Source of the DNA: Eledone cirrhosa
Taxonomy: Eukaryota
Assembly: GCA_964016885.1 (NCBI GenBank)
Contig: OZ024741.1
Span: 186,806,001 to 186,870,000, forward strand
DNA length: 64,000 bases
Reading direction: 5' to 3'
The position numbers and the translations under genes are program-made. The notes beneath the pieces were generated by a model. It worked only from the letters and a program-made list of their open reading frames with translations. It searched no databases and was not told where the DNA came from. This document shows positions 57,626-64,000 of the stretch, piece by piece; the first letter of the stretch is position 1, and each line of letters begins with the position of its first letter.

Positions 57626-57864
57626 TATATGTACAAAAATGGTGGGTATAAAGTGTTTTCCTTCTGCTTTTTATCTCTTTTTTATTCTTTTATTTTTCAG
57701 TTGATGTCATCATCAGACTGCAGCCATGATAGTTTAGTTGAACATAGTCATAATTGTTATTTCAAGTTTGATCAAACCCTTTTTGTTGAACCACCAGCTT
57801 ACGGGTCATAAACAAATACACGGACACGTGCATATTTACACACATAGATATATACATACACACA

Positions 57865-59073
57865 TGATGGCTAACCCCTCGTTATCGAGTATGGTCATTG
57901 CAAGATAAACCATTATTAATAATTATTAATTAATTCTATCGTGCAATTCCTGTGCGTGAAGATTTTTTTTAAGTGAAGAAAGACTGTGTACTGAGCCAAT
58001 CCCACTCTCTGAGCGATAGTAGCTATAATCCGAAAAGAAGAAAAGATCAACATCATCGGCAGGTTTTATGTCGGAGTTATCCCAGTTTCCTGAGTTGCCT
58101 TCTCCTAGAAGAATGCCCAGGCAAAGGCTAGGGGGTCCTTCACTCCCAGTGGTTTAACCGCGCAATCGGGTATCCAGCCCGACTATTTCTATGTTCCTGT
58201 GCATATACATACACATGCACACATGCATATACAAGTATACATATACATATGCATATGTACATGTGTATATTCATATTTACACACTTTTGGATGGCCGTTG
58301 ACTCATGAGTTCTTCCGCTGTTTGTCAGGTTTTACTTTCTATCCTGCAGGGTGTCCAAAATCACCCTCCTCACCAAGTAAACTTGGTGGGGTTGCCGGTT
58401 TAGTCACCGACGACCCAACCATGCGACAGGTTGTACTGGGTTACATGTTACTAGTAGCACTCAAGAGTGAACCGACGTACATACATACATATATACATAC
58501 ATACACGGTGGCTGCCAACTCGTTTTCGAGTACGGCCACTACTTTATATCCATGTAGGAGAACCCCTACCGATGCGCTGAACGAGTGTGACTTTTTAGTC
58601 CAGCCAGCGACTTGAAAACTCTGGTACAAACACTATACATGTGACAATTATTGACACAAGGTGCTGGGCCCATGGTACCATGTGACGACAAGTGCAGAGA
58701 GGTCTCCAGATATAAAGCAATGCTTGTGCTGTGAAGCTTTTATAGTGAGCAAAGGCACTGCACAAAGCCAGTCCCACTCTCTTAAACAAGATGATATTTA
58801 CCAAAAAGAAGAACAAGTCAACATCATTGGATACCATCAGGGTTGCAGGTGTTATATCAGAGTTTTCCTTCTCCTAGAATTCTGCCTTGACAAAAGCTAA
58901 GGGGTCATCTCTCCCGGTGATTTTGGATGGCCATTGACTCTTAAGAGGTCCCTTGCCCTTTGACAGGTTTTGTTTTTAGTCCTGCAGTATGTCCAAAGTC
59001 ACCCTCCTCACCAAGAAACCTTGGTGGGGTTGCCAGTTTAGTTGCCAACGACCCGATCATGAGACAGGTTGTA
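57865..59073 (-). mobile_element. Tandem RTE derivatives: diverged copy 57865-58476 and young copy 58507-59073
   Basis: Head-to-tail arrangement separated by a short (TACA)n. Confidence 0.8.
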
Positions 59074-59149
59074 CATACATACATACATACATACATACAT
59101 ACATACATACATACATACATACATACATACATACATACATACATAATTA

Positions 59150-59290
59150 TACAGCACACAAAACAGCAAAACCCATTATTATTGGAGCTACAGGTTATAT
59201 ATCAACCCTCTTGGACCAACACTGTGACTGAACTTGGATTTTCGCACAAAGAGCGCAGCTCCCTAATTCATAGACTACAAATGGCCCCGA
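59150..59290 (+). mobile_element. Diverged R4-like 3' ORF fragment
   Basis: [29 protein letters not shown] is similar to 14130-14250. Confidence 0.65.
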
Positions 59291-59404
59291 ACAATATTAC
59301 GATTCAAGGGATGGCAATTTGTTTTCTTTTGCAACCTTGCCACCAGGAAGGTGGCCGGTCAAGAATGTACTCGAAATTAAGAAACATACATACATAGATA
59401 CATG

Positions 59405-60460
59405 AGGATTGCAGCATCTTCACAGACGATTGCCGTCTCTTATTGATTCTTCGTTATCATACCATCCGCGTCCATGATTTCGTAGATGACTTTTTAGGCC
59501 AGCTGTAGATCTGCATGGTTTAAGACACAGGGGGCAGAAGAGAGTTGTGCGTTGCACAGGACCGGTGGGGTCACCCGTTGGGACACAATCTTTACCTACC
59601 ACTAAGTGTTTTTTTAGTCAGGAACAAGTTCTACACATTTCGTTGCATATGACGCACGTTGTTTCGCCAGGTATTTGTTGAGTAGTGTTGCAGGTGGTTA
59701 TCCTTTCATGTGACTTCAGGTGATTAACATAACCAGCCTTTGAGAGGAGTACACGCTGACAGAAATTGCATGTCCGACTACTTGTGTGTGAGCAAGGAAG
59801 CAAGGAAGAGGGACAAAAGCGTAGGAGCAGGAATATCAGCTTGCTTTACCCCGTTGTCAATTGGGATTTACCAAGATAGTTGACCATTGAAGATGACCCG
59901 AGCTTTGGTATTTCTGTGCAGCTGCTTTAGCATACTCACAAACTTGGGTGGACATCCTACTTTTCCAAGTATAATCCAGAGTGCATCTCTGTTAATTGTG
60001 TCAAAAGCCTTCGTTAGGTTGACAAAGAATTGATATAGAGGGACACACTGCTCAATGCATTTTTCTTGTATTTGTCTGACAGAGAAAATCATGTCAACTG
60101 TTCCCCTTCTTCTTCTAAAACCACTCTGTGATTCTGGGAGAGCCGTACGACAGATATCCTCCGCCAGTCTGTTGAGCAAAAGTCTTGCGAGAACCTTGCC
60201 AACAGCTTCCAACAAAGTGATACCACTGGAGTTTCAACATATCGATTGTTCATCTTTGCCTTTGTATAATGATAACAGAATACCGTTAATCCAATCTTGC
60301 GGAACCGGGGTCTCATTCCAAAAATCATTGATGAAGTTGTTTATTGTTTCTATTACATTTCCACTATCGACTTTCAGAAGTTCGACTGGGATACCATCTG
60401 GACCTGGTGCCTTGTCAGAGTTAATCTGCTTGACTGCCAGCTTTGTCTACATACACAAAA
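59405..60460 (-). mobile_element. RTE LINE fragment (RT N-part fused to C-terminal C2H2 fingers)
   Basis: APGPDGIP, GKVLARLLLNRL, LPESQSGFRRRRGTVDMIF, LTKAFDTINR; CNFC..NHLKSH and CPLC..AGLKSHLRNH. Confidence 0.9.
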
Positions 60461-60696
60461 TGTTGATCAAGCCGAAACTATTTTATAAAGCACTTACTAA
60501 ATATGACACGCAATGAGATTGAACCTGAAAATATTCTTGAAAAGCGAACTCTTTCTTTCTATATATATATATAAATATATTCATATATTAATATATATAT
60601 ATAAATATGTATACTTATATAACAGCCGTACTAAGAGTGAGAAATGAAATTTCGTTTCATTTTTGCCGTTTAATATATATATATATATATTATATA

Positions 60697-60801
<105 letters not shown>

Positions 60802-60979
60802 TGGAATAAGGGGTTAACACCATGGTCTCTCGGTTGTTTAAGCAGATAAAAAGAAGCGCTCAACGACCTGTATAAATGGTATATATTAACAAAAGATCGG
60901 AGTCCATATTCAGTTGATTCAGGGTTTTTTTTTTTTTAAATATAGAGAGAGAGGGAGGGAGAGAGACAGAGATAGAGAG

Positions 60980-61046
<67 letters not shown>

Positions 61047-61124
61047 AATAAAGGAAACAAACAAAACACAGGAAGCACATTTCCACAGTTATATTAGGTC
61101 CACGCTTGGATGAAGAGCGAGGGA

Positions 61125-61160
61125 TTTCAATATTTCGGACAGAAGTCCTTCTTCAGGAAA
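61125..61160 (-). ncRNA. Minimal type-I hammerhead ribozyme (PLE type)
   Basis: Minus: TTTC-CTGAAGA-a-GGAC ttct GTCC-GAA-ATAT-T-GAAA. Confidence 0.8.
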
Positions 61161-61685
61161 GTTCTGATAAGGAGAGAACAGATAGACGTAGAAGTAGTGT
61201 GATAAGGTTAGGGAAGGAAGCTAAAAAGTAAGGGGGAAGGGGAGTGAAAGGTTAGGTCTGGCCTCAAGGGGGGTGGCATGGGTGTGTTTGTGGGTGTGTC
61301 AAAGGGAATAAATTAGTAGATGCGCGTAGCTTCAGTCTATGTGTACCAGTATTAGACAGTGAAGTGTGCACACTGGTATGAGTGCGTGTGTATCTGTGTG
61401 GTTTCAGTTGAATGGGTCTGTGTGGGAAGTGGAGGGGGGCCTTTTTCTGTAGTTTCTACGTGAGTCTGTATATTCACCTGTGTGTCGAAAGATTGTGTGT
61501 ATGTTGTATCCACAAACGTTGTAGTTTTGTTTGGTCAGTAGCACACACGCACGCGCATAAGCACAAATGCGCACGCGCCTATATATACATATATATATAC
61601 ATATATATATACATATATATAGTGGTAGAACACTACAAGGTAATATCCTTAGTGGTAGAGCACTCAGTCCATGGGACGAGTTAGG

Positions 61686-61770
61686 TAGAAGTGGTTACAC
61701 AACAGTTAGTTCACCATACCGAGAACATTGTTCTCGGTATGGTGAACTAACTGTTGTGTAACCACTTCTA
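61686..61770. repeat. 85-bp perfect palindrome inside a (TA)n-flanked island
   Basis: 42-bp arms centred on 61728. Confidence 0.9.
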
Positions 61771-61895
61771 TATATATATTATATATATATATATGCGATG
61801 AAATACCAATGATGGTTGGCAAATCACTGATGAGGGACTAATTTTATATATGTAACCCATGTGCAACCACGCAGTATTCTTCTAACCTTGTTTTT

Positions 61896-61973
<78 letters not shown>

Positions 61974-62049
61974 TGTATATATATATAGAGAGAGAGAGGG
62001 AGGTAGATAGATGTATATATATATATATTGGAGTATATATAAATATATT

Positions 62050-62109
<60 letters not shown>

Positions 62110-62321
62110 TGTGTGCACACTTGTGCGCATGCGCGTGCGTGTGTCGTATCGAGGAAACTTGTAATCAATAACGACGCTATTGTTCATAATTTGCCATATA
62201 TAATAAATAAATAATTCAATAAGTAAATGCGTAAATGGACCGTGTCTATCCCTCTTTCATGATTCTGGTTAACTAACTTAATAATTATAATTACTGTAAA
62301 TACCGAAATACTTTCAACGCA

Positions 62322-62448
62322 ATCATCATCATATTCATCATCATCATCATCATCATCATATTCATCATCATCATCATCATCATCATCGTCATCATCATCA
62401 TCATCATCATCATCATCGTCATCATCATCATCATCATCATCATCATCG

Positions 62449-62479
<31 letters not shown>

Positions 62480-62568
62480 ATTTACTATCATCATCTTCAT
62501 CGTTATCATCAACTTTATCATCCTTATCATTATCATCATCATCATCATCATCATTATCATCGTCGTCG

Positions 62569-62623
<55 letters not shown>

Positions 62624-62703
62624 ATTTACTATCATCATCTTCATCGTTATCATCAACTTTATCGTCCTTATCATCATCATCATCATCATCATCATCATCG
62701 TCG

Positions 62704-62747
<44 letters not shown>

Positions 62748-64000
62748 GTCATCATCATCATTATCATCATCGTCATCCGCATCGCCAGCATTATTCTCAT
62801 CATCATCATCGGCATTCATATCATCTGCACCATCAACAACAACAAAAACATTGAACAAGTATCATCGGCAAACAATAACAACAATAAAACAAACAAAACA
62901 ATCAGCAACCACGGCAGGAACAACATCATCAACAGCAGCGACAACAACAAACACAGCAGCAGCATCAACAGCAGCGACAACAACAAACACAGCAGCAGCA
63001 TCAACAGCAGCGACAACAACAAACACAGCAGCAGCAGCATCAACAACAGCGACAACAACAAACACAGGAGCAGCAGCATCAACAGCGACAACAACAAACA
63101 CAGGAGCAGCATCAACAACAGCGACAACAACAAACACAGGAGCAGCAGCATCAACAGCGACAACAACAAACACAGGAGCAGCATCAACAACAGCGACAAC
63201 AACAAACACAGGAGCAGCAGCATCAACAACGACAACAACAAACACAGGAGCAGCAGCATCAACAACGACAACAACAAACACAGCAGCAGCATCAACAACA
63301 GCGACAACAACAAACACAGCAGCAGCATCAACAACAGCGACAACAACAAACACAGCAGCAGCATCAACAGCAGCGACAACAACAAACACAGCAGCAGCAG
63401 CATCAACAACAGCGACAACAACAAACACAGCAGCAGCATCAACAGCAGCGACAACAACAAACACAGGAGCAGCATCAACAGCAGCGACAACAACAAACAC
63501 AGCAGCAGCAGCATCAACAACAGCGACAACAACAAACACAGCAGCAGCATCAACAGCAGCGACAACAACAAACACAGGAGCAGCATCAACAACAGCAGCA
63601 TCAACCACATCAGCATCAACAACAGCAACATCAACCACATCAGCATCAACAACAGCAGCATCAACAACAGCGACAACAACAACAAACACATCAGCATCAA
63701 CAACAGCGACAACAACAACAAACACAGCAGCAGCATCAACAACAGCAGCATCAACCACATCAGCATCAACAACAGCAGCATCAACAACAGCGACAACAAC
63801 AACAAACACAGCAGCAGCATCAACAACAGCAGCATCAACCACAGCAGCATCAACAACAGCAGCATCAACAACAGCAGCATCAACAACAGCAGCATCAACA
63901 ACAGCAGCATCAACAACAGCAGCATCAACCACAGCAGCATCAACCACAGCAGCATCAACCACAGCAGCATCAACAACAGAACAGCAGCATCAACCACAGC
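62322..64000. repeat. (ATC)n tract followed by a CAA/CAG-derived ~30-39-bp higher-order minisatellite
   Basis: Unit like ACAACAACAAACACAGCAGCAGCATCAACAGCAGCG from ~62930. Confidence 0.9.

Noticed and set aside
62184-62858. Poly-Asp and poly-Met ORFs
   Set aside because: Translations of the (ATC)n microsatellite.

Overview
AT-rich eukaryotic (animal) DNA, intergenic or intronic, dominated by (TA)n, (CA)n, (TACA)n, (GA)n, (TAG)n and (ATC)n microsatellites. The repeat composition resembles a cephalopod (octopus-like) genome; this is inferred, not proven. No convincing host gene is present, and nearly all long ORFs in the track are microsatellite artefacts. Recognisable mobile elements: a 5'-truncated Penelope-like element (RT + GIY-YIG, with an inverted pseudo-LTR) at 48.4-51.1 kb; an R4/Dong-like RLE LINE; several RTE LINE relics plus about 8 copies of a bipartite non-autonomous RTE derivative; a CRE-like fragment; a mariner relic; a TA-flanked Tc1/mariner-type deletion derivative; two non-autonomous Helitrons (one carrying a 75-bp satellite); and two tRNA-SINE families. 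The main hidden signal: the short 'unique' islands between (TA)n tracts hold about 20 type-I hammerhead ribozyme motifs from many distinct sequence families. Stem I often pairs perfectly and covaries between copies, and stem III is often palindromic. These islands form fold-back palindromes centred on the ribozyme, or direct-repeat retrozyme-like units, and many share a YYGAGTRC motif about 45-70 nt from the (TA)n junction. Together this suggests a large family of (TA)n-associated, hammerhead-bearing Penelope-like/retrozyme elements.
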